The notes under the pieces: generated by a model
What the model was told of the DNA's origin: nothing
Databases searched by the model: none
The model's input: the letters and a program-made list of their open reading frames with translations, nothing else
Assembly (NCBI GenBank): GCA_037481775.1
Contig: JBBFKZ010000001.1
Coordinates: 1 to 64,000, forward strand
Source: Candidatus Bathyarchaeia archaeon
Lineage (GTDB): Archaea > Thermoproteota > Bathyarchaeia > Bathyarchaeales > Bathycorpusculaceae
Direction of reading: 5' to 3'
DNA length: 64,000 nt
Made by a program: the position numbers and the translations under genes
Part shown: positions 28,027 through 36,914 of the stretch, one piece after another
Position numbering within the stretch: the first letter of the stretch is position 1
Layout: each line of letters begins with the position of its first letter

Positions 28027-29180
28027 TTACCTTTGATCCAGCGGCACGAATTTTCGTCCAAACTGACCAACGTATTTAGACGTGGGCCTCAGAAGAACAG
28101 CATCAGCATACTGCTCTAGCACGTGGGTAACCCATCCGGATATTCGGCTTGCCGCAAAGAAGGGCGTGAAAAATTCGCGGGTTACGCCTAGTGCATCCAG
28201 TGTGACGGCGGCGTAGAAATCGACATTGGGAAAGATTTTCTTCTTTTCATAAACTACATTTTCAATTTTCATGCACAGGTTATACAGATTTAAAGTGTTT
28301 GAGCGGTGACACAGGTTCTCGGCTAGGCTGCGAAGATGCTTGGTTCGTGGGTCTTCAGTTTTGTAAACGCGATGTCCGAAGCCCATGATCTTTTTTGGTC
28401 ATCCAACATGCCTTGTATGTACTCTTCCACTTCTTCCTCCGTGTTGATGTTGTCCAGCATGTGCATAACTTTCTCGGAAGCGCCACCATGCAATGGTCCC
28501 TTCAAGGTTCCTATGGCAGAAACAATAGCCGAGAACATATCAGCGTTAGTGCTTGCAGTGACCCGCGCAGCAAATGTTGAGGCGTTAAAGCCGTGATCTG
28601 CATGTAGCGTCATATAGCGGTCGATGGCGGCTTTTTCTTCAGCATCCGCGGGTTTTCCTCTGAACATGTAGAGGAAGTTTTCAGCGAAACCGAAATTCTC
28701 ATTTGGCGTCAGAATCTGTTGATTAGCGCGTATTCTATGGATCGCAGCAACGATTGTTGGAACCTTTGCTATTAGCTGTATTGCGCGTTTTTTGTTTGTT
28801 GTTTCAGAGTGGTCGCTAAGGTTAGGGTCAAAGTAGCTTAAGTGAGAAACCACAGTTCTTAAAACATCCATTGGATGCACTGATAGAGGCGTAGATTTTA
28901 TGCTTTCAATTACCGCGTTAGAGAGATGCATTTCCGAAATCAAAAGAGAACGAAGCGCATCTAGCTCCCGCTTGCTGGGCAACTCATTATACAATAGAAG
29001 ATGCACAATTTCCTCGTAACATACGTATTCAACTAGGTCATCGATGTCGTAACCTAAATAGTAAAGTTTTCCATTAGGATTCACATAGCTTATTTTTGTT
29101 TCTGCTGCAGCAACATCTCTTAATCCTCGAACTACTATTCTATCATCATTTTTAACCAAGTTATTTTTCACCATACCCAT
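28027..29180 (-). pseudogene. gltA: Citrate synthase family gene with a single frameshift (pseudogene or sequence error)
   Basis: 5' ORF has DHGFNASTF and GPLHGGA; 3' ORF has MGFGHRVYK.DPR and PNVDFY; one extra A in the A6 run at 28391-28396 joins the frames. Confidence 0.88.
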
Positions 29181-29512
29181 TCATTAACGAACTTTCTTCG
29201 TGCTTGGCGCGTTACGATAGTAATCCTATTAGTACAACAGATGCCAAGCAACTGCGCACTTTAAACCTAAAACATTGCAACCAAGCACTGCTCAGCATAC
29301 ATCTGCAAACGTGGATAAAACAGATAGGTTAGTAACTTAAATTTTTTTCTAAAAGTTATTCCATAGATGAAAGTAACTGGACACAACTTTTTTAAGTGAT
29401 AAAGCCATAAATTATTCAGAGGAAAACCAGTCGAACTGATTAAAAAGTGTGGCGCTTTGCTTATTTCTGCTGGTTTTCCGAAGTGTAGGATCTCAAAAGG
29501 TGTTAGATAAAC

Positions 29513-30628
29513 ATGCCAGAACATGAAGAATTAGAGAGGAACATCTCAACCTTAAAGCAACTTAAGGAGCACGTAGCAATTCCTTTGCAGGAAGAGACAC
29601 TGCTGGAGCAAGTTATTCAGACTCATCCAATGCGGGTTAGCCCCTATTATTTATCGCTGATAAATTGGAACGACCCGCATGACCCAATAAGAAAGATGGC
29701 GGTGCCTTCCATTGAAGAGCTTAACCTTGAAGGAGTTTACGATACAAGCGGCGAAGCAGAAAACACGAAAATGCCAGGGCTTCAGCATAAATACAATGAA
29801 ACCGCTTTGATCCTTGCTACCAACCGCTGTGCAACCTATTGCCGCCACTGCTTTAGGAAAAGACTTGTCGGATTGCCTACGGATGAAATTTTGAAGCGCT
29901 TCGAGGAGGCTGTAGCCTACGTGGCAGAGCACAAGGAAATAAATAATGTGTTAATCAGCGGCGGAGACCCCCTTGTGCTTAAGAATGAGATCATTGAAAG
30001 ATTTCTTGAGGCACTATCCAGCATAGAGCATCTAAAATTTGTGAGAATTGGCAGCAGAGTGCCAGTAACCCTTCCAAGCAGGCTTTTCGACCCTGAAATT
30101 TTGGCAATTTTCAGGAAATATTCAAAGGATGAGAGGAGACTATACGTTGTTACACACTTTAATCATCCGCGAGAAATCACGCCACAATCTATTAAAGCAG
30201 TAAGTAACCTGATCAAGTCAGGGGTAGTGCTGAGCAACCAGACAGTTCTACTGAAAGGAGTCAACGACGGCCCCGAGACGCTTGCGGCGTTAATGAATAG
30301 GCTGGCCAGCATTGGTGTTACGCCTTACTATGTTTTTCAATGCCGCCCCGTAAAACGAGTCAAGCATCACTTTCAAGTCCCAATCTGTGAAGGAGTGCGC
30401 ATAGTGGAAAAGGCAAAAGAAAACTGCAATGGCCTCAGCAAACGTTTCAAATACATTATGGCGCACAAAACAGGCAAAATAGAAATACTCGGCATACTAA
30501 ACGGCGAGATATATTTCAAATATCACCAAGCGAAAGATAGAAAAAAATTGGGCATGATGTTCAAGCGCCCAGTCAACGAATACGCAGGCTGGCTAGACGA
30601 CTTCGGTCTGACAGCTGAACTAAATTAA
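29513..30628 (+). CDS. KamA-family radical SAM protein (lysine 2,3-aminomutase-like)
   Basis: GLQHKY, CATYCRHCFRKR, SGGDPL, THFNHPREIT and NQTVLLKGVND. Confidence 0.93.
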   Translation: MPEHEELERNISTLKQLKEHVAIPLQEETLLEQVIQTHPMRVSPYYLSLINWNDPHDPIRKMAVPSIEELNLEGVYDTSGEAENTKMPGLQHKYNETALILATNRCATYCRHCFRKRLVGLPTDEILKRFEEAVAYVAEHKEINNVLISGGDPLVLKNEIIERFLEALSSIEHLKFVRIGSRVPVTLPSRLFDPEILAIFRKYSKDERRLYVVTHFNHPREITPQSIKAVSNLIKSGVVLSNQTVLLKGVNDGPETLAALMNRLASIGVTPYYVFQCRPVKRVKHHFQVPICEGVRIVEKAKENCNGLSKRFKYIMAHKTGKIEILGILNGEIYFKYHQAKDRKKLGMMFKRPVNEYAGWLDDFGLTAELN

Positions 30629-30653
30629 AACGGGCAAGCGATAGGCGCCACTT

Positions 30654-31616
30654 TTATTGTAACTTCTTCATAACAGACTCAGCAAATAACGTTAAGCCTT
30701 CCAAATGAGGAAGATCACCGAAGAACAACATGAAATGCGTAAAGCCTAAAGCAATGTAAGACTGCAGCTTTCTCAGACAGACATCTGGAGTCCCTACAAG
30801 GTTAAGTTTTTCAAAGTCTTCTTGGCTGATATTTGAGGGCCTGTGCCTCAGAACGACTTGATGCAGTTCTTTTTGGCTACTGGCAATTAGCACTTGACCG
30901 CCGGGCCAGCATGACAGCGCTATCTCACGCGGATCTCTCCCTACTACACGGCAATGTGCAGCTAGGGCGTTTATTTTGCGCTTGTAAAGCTCTATGGACG
31001 GTAAGTAGCCGAAGTCGCATCGGTCAGCGTATTGCGCTGTCACCTTTAACGTTAGTTTTTCTCCGCTACCGCCTATTGTTACGGGGGGATGCGGCTTCTG
31101 TAAGGGTTTAGGCTCACAGACAGCCTCATTAATGGTGTAGTGTTTGCCTTTGTAGCTTGCCTTTTCCTCAGTCCACAGCCGCTTTATGATCGCAACAGCT
31201 TCTTCTAACCGCTCTATGCGGGTTCTCGGCTCTGGAAAGGAGAAGCCAAAAGCCAAGTGCTCTTCTTTCTGAACGCCGGCGCCAATGCCAAGCTCTAACC
31301 TGCCGCCAGAGATCACGTCCAACGTGGCAGCCATCTTGGCGAGTAAAGCAGGGTTTCTGAAAGAAGCGCATAACACCATGGTGCCAAGTCGTATCTTTGT
31401 GGTTAGTTGTGATAGAGCGGTGAGAGTAGTCCAGCACTCGAGTACGGGTTTGCCGTTGAACATTAGGTGATCATCCAGCCACACTGAATGGTAGCCCAGA
31501 CGTTCACACGCTACAACTACATCTCGCACACGATTAAACAGCACAACAGAGCTTGTCTCTTTGAAACCAAAAGCATAGAAAGGCAAGAAAACCCCGAAAT
31601 TAATCTTGTTCACCAC
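30654..31616 (-). CDS. LLM-class flavin/F420-dependent oxidoreductase
   Basis: SVWLDDH, RLGTMV, RNPALLAKMAATLDVISGGRLELGIGAG and PKPLQKPHPP. Confidence 0.93.
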   Translation of the reverse strand: MVNKINFGVFLPFYAFGFKETSSVVLFNRVRDVVVACERLGYHSVWLDDHLMFNGKPVLECWTTLTALSQLTTKIRLGTMVLCASFRNPALLAKMAATLDVISGGRLELGIGAGVQKEEHLAFGFSFPEPRTRIERLEEAVAIIKRLWTEEKASYKGKHYTINEAVCEPKPLQKPHPPVTIGGSGEKLTLKVTAQYADRCDFGYLPSIELYKRKINALAAHCRVVGRDPREIALSCWPGGQVLIASSQKELHQVVLRHRPSNISQEDFEKLNLVGTPDVCLRKLQSYIALGFTHFMLFFGDLPHLEGLTLFAESVMKKLQ

Positions 31617-31877
31617 ATCGCCTCATGCATACAGCCTATACAGCGTTTAAACAAAACTAAGGAATAAACTAGGCTATAATAACTTCTGCACCACTAAAAA
31701 CGCAATGCGGCAAATTCCAAACGGTAGAATCCTACATGAAGCCGCGAAAACAATTGCAGCTTAGAATCCAGGACTTTAAGCATAAAATTAATGTTTTGCA
31801 AAGCTGACTGATTTGGGGTATAATTTAAATTTGCCACAAAAAAAGAAAAGGGATGTTAATTTATGCCTTTGGGTGTT

Positions 31878-33140
31878 CTATTCTAGATGATAGGCTTCTT
31901 CTCCGTGTTCGCTAAGGTCGAGCCCCGCGTCTTCGGCTTCAGGGCTTACCCGAAGGGGTGAAATTACGTTGATCAGCTTCAGCAACAAATAAGAACCGAA
32001 GAAGGCAAATGCCGCCACTACAGCAACCGACAATAACTGAGCAAACATCTGACCTGCGTTTCCGTAGAGTAAACCGTTTACGCCATTAACAGTCTCTGTA
32101 GCGAATAAACCAGTTGCAATTGAACCCCAAATTCCGCCTACACCATGGCATGCAAAGACATCCAGGCTATCATCTATTCTTGATCTGCCAGCTCGCCAGC
32201 TCGCAACCAAGTTCGAGATTACTCCTGCGATGAAACCTATTACCAATGCTGAACTCACATTAACGTAACCTGCGGCGGGTGTTATGGCGACAAGCCCAAC
32301 GACTGCCCCGATAGCTATGCCAACTGCTGAAGGTTTACCTTTTGTCACCCAGTCTACTATCATCCAGCTTATAGCAGCGGCCGCTGCTGCTAGGTTTGTG
32401 GTGACAAGCGCTGAGACGGCTAATTCGTTTGCTGCGAGAGCACTTCCACCGTTGAACCCGAACCATCCGAACCAAAGTAAACCTGCGCCCAGTATTACAT
32501 AGGGAATGTTGGTCGGTTTGAAGGGACTAGCATTGGCTTCCTTCAAAGCGCTCATATGATCTTTCCATGGAATGGCGCAGCCTTTACGTCTGCCGATTAC
32601 AAGAGCAGCTGCGAGAGCAGATAAGCCCGCTGAGATATGGACGACAATGCCGCCCGCGAAGTCTATTGCACCTACACCGCGTAGCCAGCCATCGGTGTTC
32701 CATACCCAATGGGCTATTGGACAGTAAATGAGGGTTGACCAGAACAAGATGAAAATTAGGAGTGAGCGGAATCTAATTCTTTCTGCGCATGCACCTATTA
32801 TTAATGCTGGTGTGATGGCTGCAAATTTTAATTGAAAAGCGAAGAATAGCAGTTCGGGAATGTCTGGAGCTATTGGATTGATTGTGTGTATACCTATGTT
32901 GCCTAATCCAAATAATGATAAGTCGCCGATTAGACCATTTATGCTATAGCCGAAGGTAAGGCTATATCCCCATAATGTCCATGCCACGCTTACTATTGCG
33001 AATATTATTAGGCATTGAACTAAAGTGGAAACAAGGTTTTTCTTTCGGACAAGGCCTGCATAAAAGAAGCCTAGTGCTGGAGTCATAAGCATGACTAGAG
33101 CAGTTGCGGTTGAAACCCAAGATATGTCTGCAGCAGTCAT
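31878..33140 (-). CDS. amt: Ammonium transporter
   Basis: FQLKFAAIT, DFAGGIVVH, WFGWFGFNGGS and DDSLDVFACHG (twin His). Confidence 0.97.
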   Translation of the reverse strand: MTAADISWVSTATALVMLMTPALGFFYAGLVRKKNLVSTLVQCLIIFAIVSVAWTLWGYSLTFGYSINGLIGDLSLFGLGNIGIHTINPIAPDIPELLFFAFQLKFAAITPALIIGACAERIRFRSLLIFILFWSTLIYCPIAHWVWNTDGWLRGVGAIDFAGGIVVHISAGLSALAAALVIGRRKGCAIPWKDHMSALKEANASPFKPTNIPYVILGAGLLWFGWFGFNGGSALAANELAVSALVTTNLAAAAAAISWMIVDWVTKGKPSAVGIAIGAVVGLVAITPAAGYVNVSSALVIGFIAGVISNLVASWRAGRSRIDDSLDVFACHGVGGIWGSIATGLFATETVNGVNGLLYGNAGQMFAQLLSVAVVAAFAFFGSYLLLKLINVISPLRVSPEAEDAGLDLSEHGEEAYHLE

Positions 33141-33212
33141 TCTATCAATCCTCGTTTGTATTTTTGACTGCTGAAATACAATTGCACATCATATAAACGT
33201 ATTTGTGATTTG

Positions 33213-33229
33213 TTCATACTTTTTATGAA
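33213..33229. promoter_or_regulatory. Palindrome TTCATA-N5-TATGAA upstream of the amt TATA box
   Basis: Perfect 6-bp arms with a T-rich core, ~15 bp upstream of minus-strand TTTATAT (33191-33197). Confidence 0.5.
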
Positions 33230-33282
33230 AAAATAATAAAATATATAGAAACTTGAAGTAAATTTATTTATGTGTTCAGTAA

Positions 33283-33831
33283 TTATGGTTTAATGTTGAC
33301 ATTTAGCTTCGCCAAGTTTTCCCTAATCTCTGCACGTACACCTATTGCAGCTAAGAACTCTTCGATGAGAATCTTGATGAACTTTTTCGGTTGCTCTGAC
33401 CCCATAACTAAAGTGAAATCGTTTTCTGAGTTTTTTATCATTCTGAAAAAGTTGCATGATTCTAGCCGTGCCAAGACGTCTTCTCCAGTGCGCACTTTAC
33501 TTTTTAACTGCTCTTTATGAGATTGCGCAACTGCTCTATGGGCAATCCAAAACTTTTCTGGATCAGGTAACGATTCAATTAAATTCAAGAATAGGAGCCA
33601 GTGATCCACATCCAAAATAACATGTTCACCGCTCAATAGTAAGTCCATGTAAGCGTAAACTTTCTTTTTTACAGCCTGATCCAACAACGCCTTGTTTTCA
33701 CTATAAAATCGCAGAGCACAACGCATTACTTCACTTTGTGAAACCGCAGTTTCTTTGCTGATTTTTTCAAGTAAAGCCGCTGTGGCAGGATCAAAGGCAA
33801 CTGTTATTCTTGTCGGGTTCATGCTTTCCAC
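33283..33831 (-). CDS. Ribbon-helix-helix (CopG-like) regulator with a C-terminal putative ligand-binding domain
   Basis: N-terminal RITVAFD...VSQSEVMRCALRFY. Confidence 0.8.
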   Translation of the reverse strand: MESMNPTRITVAFDPATAALLEKISKETAVSQSEVMRCALRFYSENKALLDQAVKKKVYAYMDLLLSGEHVILDVDHWLLFLNLIESLPDPEKFWIAHRAVAQSHKEQLKSKVRTGEDVLARLESCNFFRMIKNSENDFTLVMGSEQPKKFIKILIEEFLAAIGVRAEIRENLAKLNVNIKP

Positions 33832-33838
33832 CTTTTGA

Positions 33839-34294
33839 TTACAGTTTAAATCGGATGTCCTCTTTAACTATATTGAGGGCAACGCTTGTGACTGTTCTTT
33901 TGATATGAGGGTGGGCTAACAGATTTTTTACATAAGCATTTAAACCAGCGCGATCCTTGAATTTAGCGATAATGGCAATGTCGTAATCGCCTGTGATATT
34001 GTAAACAGCTGCAGCATTAGTTGTCTTGGCAATTTCTTGCTCAACAGATGAAAGCGCACTTCCTTCAACCTGAATTAATATTAAAGCGGTTAAGGTGTAA
34101 CCGAGCCGGGCAGTGTCAATTATGGCTGTGTAGCCTTTCAATATGCCTTTTTTCTCTAAATTTTTAAATGCTGTTCCAACAGAAATCCCGAGTCTGTGCG
34201 CTACTTTATTGAAACTTAATCTGCAATCTTCTTGGAGCAAACTGAGGATTTGTAAATCAATGGGAGGCACACTTTCAACTAAATTAGTTTGCAT
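33839..34294 (-). CDS. Lrp/AsnC-family regulator (apparent short deletion in the HTH)
   Basis: IDLQILSLLQEDCRLSF, GILKGYTA and VYNITGDYD. Confidence 0.9.
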   Translation of the reverse strand: MQTNLVESVPPIDLQILSLLQEDCRLSFNKVAHRLGISVGTAFKNLEKKGILKGYTAIIDTARLGYTLTALILIQVEGSALSSVEQEIAKTTNAAAVYNITGDYDIAIIAKFKDRAGLNAYVKNLLAHPHIKRTVTSVALNIVKEDIRFKL

Positions 34295-34765
34295 TTGGTT
34301 ATTCCCTACTGCTAGTCTTATAGATCTCTTTAAACGTTTGTTTACTTAAAAAGAAATTATATAAGCATTTCCAGTAAAAAACAGGACATTTGCACACAAA
34401 TTTGCACATAATGCAGCGCTTAGCGTTACAAATGTTCTAAGAGAAAACAAGAAAAGCAAAAACTGCAAAACAGACAAGCCAGAAAGCCCCGTCCAAAAGA
34501 GCCAAATGGCACTTATCCAACAACACAAGCACTTTTCCTAAAACACAAGGAGCTGCCAGCATCCAAACATGGAATCCATGGATTTCGAACAATCCGTTAA
34601 TGTTGTGCTCACTAAAATCCGATTTTCAATTTTAATCGTAAATATGAGCCACAAACGCTAAGCAAGACAAGTTTTTACTTTTCCATAGAAAAAGGGAACC
34701 GAATTAGAACTGAATCAGAAAAAACTTTTTAAACAAACGCGTTGTTTAAGCTTTTGTGGCCATGC

Positions 34766-35431
34766 ATGATTGATTGGAATCGGCTTATCACAGATTTTTT
34801 GAACCCGCCAAATACATATCAGCAGTTGACTGTTGACCGTGTTTTGGTGGCCTTACTTATATCCTTCATCATTAACATGTTTATTTTTTATATTTACCGA
34901 AGAACATTCAAAGGCGTAATCTACACTCGAGAATTTAACGTAGGACTGGTTCTCACAGGGCTCGTCGTAACATTAGTGGTATTACCCATCAGCTCGAACA
35001 TCGCCCTATCCTTAGGAATGGTTGGCGCACTAAGCATCATTCGCTTCCGCACCGCCATCAAAGACCCAAAAGACATCGTCTTCACATTCTGGTCCATAGC
35101 CGTTGGAATTATCTGTGGCGCAGGCCTATACATGATCGCCATAGTAGGTGTCCCCGTAATCGGCTTGCTACTACTGGTACTGGAACGAACCAGCTTCCGC
35201 GGCCCTGATCCATATTTGCTGGTAATCCATTACGACAGCGAAGCCGAAGAAGCCGTCCAAGCAGCGCTTCCAAGGTATAAGCTTCGATCCCGCACCGTCA
35301 GCTCCAACGGAGTAGAGCTCATGGGAGAAGTTAGAATGAACCTAAAAGAAGCAAACAAAGTGGATGAACTCTTGAAGATAAAAGGCGTTAAGGATGTTTC
35401 ATTAGTCAGTTACAGATCTGACTCAACCTGA
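34766..35431 (+). CDS. DUF4956-family membrane protein
   Basis: ISSNIALSLGMVGALSIIRFRTAIKDPKD and FWSIAVGIICGAG; soluble C-terminal domain. Confidence 0.9.
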   Translation: MIDWNRLITDFLNPPNTYQQLTVDRVLVALLISFIINMFIFYIYRRTFKGVIYTREFNVGLVLTGLVVTLVVLPISSNIALSLGMVGALSIIRFRTAIKDPKDIVFTFWSIAVGIICGAGLYMIAIVGVPVIGLLLLVLERTSFRGPDPYLLVIHYDSEAEEAVQAALPRYKLRSRTVSSNGVELMGEVRMNLKEANKVDELLKIKGVKDVSLVSYRSDST

Positions 35432-35486
35432 TAAAAACACTACACGGAAAGCAAGAATAAAAAGAGACGTTGAGGTAGAGTATGCA

Positions 35487-36104
35487 TTGAAAAGGTCTGC
35501 GTGCGCCATTCTGATTTTCACACTTTCACTGCTGCCAATATTCGCCGCCGTGTCAGGGCAGCAAGAAAGCAGGGGGCTGGTAATCAACGAGTTCATGGCC
35601 GACAATGATGGGGCAGTTCCAGGGCCATACATGACTTTCCCAGACTGGATTGAACTTTACAACGGCGGAGACACATCAATTGACCTCAGCGGGATGATTC
35701 TTACCGAGGATTTAGCCAACCCACCATGGAGATTCCCAAACGGCACCATATTGGGTCCCGGGGAGTTTCTTATAGTCTGGGGTAACAGAGGCTCTGGGCC
35801 AGATATGCTACACACAAATTTTTCGCCTAACGCTAATGGAGGCACCATAACACTGTTGGCTGCGGACGGTGTCACAGTAATTGATCAAGTAACGTTCAAA
35901 AAACAAATTAGAGATGTATCTTACGGGCGTATTCCAGACGGAGGCTCTACCTGGGAGCACCTAATAAATCCAACGCCTGGCAAACCGAATATAGCAAATC
36001 CGCAAACAGGCATTTCAACTAACTGGGCAGTCTGGGCTTTTATAGCGGGAGTTCTTGGAGTCTGCGCCTTCATTGTTATAATAGGGAAAAAGCGGAGAAG
36101 ATAA
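35487..36104 (+). CDS. Exported lamin-tail-domain (LTD) protein with C-terminal membrane anchor
   Basis: Signal peptide; LVINEFMADN, DWIELYN, DLSG, DVSYGRIPDG, PTPGKPN; TM helix plus KKRRR. Confidence 0.88.
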   Translation: MKRSACAILIFTLSLLPIFAAVSGQQESRGLVINEFMADNDGAVPGPYMTFPDWIELYNGGDTSIDLSGMILTEDLANPPWRFPNGTILGPGEFLIVWGNRGSGPDMLHTNFSPNANGGTITLLAADGVTVIDQVTFKKQIRDVSYGRIPDGGSTWEHLINPTPGKPNIANPQTGISTNWAVWAFIAGVLGVCAFIVIIGKKRRR

Positions 36105-36108
36105 AACA

Positions 36109-36852
36109 ATGAACAGCGGAGCCACATGTTTAAGGCATGAGTTCAAGTATAAAATTGATCAACTACAATTTGATGTCTTAAGGAAAAATCTTGCGCAAGT
36201 TCTCAAACCTGATCCACATATGGGCGCTGCCGGGAGATATAATGTTAGAAGCCTGTATTTTGATGATTTCAGAAACTCGGCTTTTTGGGAAAAACAGGCA
36301 GGCGTGTACAGCCGAGATAAATATCGAATACGCATTTACAATCACAGCGATTCATTCATCAAATTTGAGCGAAAAACCAAAATACATAACTACGTCCTGA
36401 AGGAAAGCGTGCGCATCACACGGGAAGAAGCAGACCGCATAATAGCTGGTGACGTATGCTTCTTAGCTAATGCGCGGCATAAACTGCTCAGAGACTTCTA
36501 TCGGAAAGCTCGATGCGACCTCATGAAACCAATTGCTGTCGTCGAGTACAACCGCGCAGCGTATTATCATCCAGTAGGCAATGTCCGCATAACCTTTGAC
36601 ACTGAATTGCGTATGGGTTTAGGAAACATTTCCTTTTTCGATCCCAATATTTGCACAGTAAGTATCCTTAACGAGCAGGATGTTATTTTGGAAGTAAAAT
36701 ACAATGAAGTGCTTCCGATCTTCATAAGCGGCTTATTCCTAGACACCATTCGGCCAAGATCGGCCATAGGCAAATTTGTGATGTGCAGAGAACAGCACAT
36801 GACAGTAACGGGCAATCCGGCTTGCTACTTGAAATGTAGAGGTAGCGAATAA
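36109..36852 (+). CDS. VTC-domain (polyphosphate polymerase-like, CYTH/TTM fold) protein
   Basis: RHEFKY, YNVRSLYFDD, KYRIRIYN, KFERKTK, RITFD and ILEVKY motifs. Confidence 0.9.
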   Translation: MNSGATCLRHEFKYKIDQLQFDVLRKNLAQVLKPDPHMGAAGRYNVRSLYFDDFRNSAFWEKQAGVYSRDKYRIRIYNHSDSFIKFERKTKIHNYVLKESVRITREEADRIIAGDVCFLANARHKLLRDFYRKARCDLMKPIAVVEYNRAAYYHPVGNVRITFDTELRMGLGNISFFDPNICTVSILNEQDVILEVKYNEVLPIFISGLFLDTIRPRSAIGKFVMCREQHMTVTGNPACYLKCRGSE

Positions 36853-36914
36853 CATGATCCTGATAGTATTTGCCTCATCAAGCGTTCTTAAACCCTTCAG
36901 AAGGGAGCAAGCAC

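Noticed and set aside
28385-28400. Programmed -1 frameshift in citrate synthase (AAAAAAG)
   Set aside because: The heptamer is not in the A_AAA_AAG phase (frame reads CAA AAA AGA); an indel or sequence error is simpler
34560-34600. GGATTTCGAAC as a second att copy for a tRNA-Pro island
   Set aside because: Only a T-loop-like fragment; flanks do not match the tRNA-Pro acceptor stem
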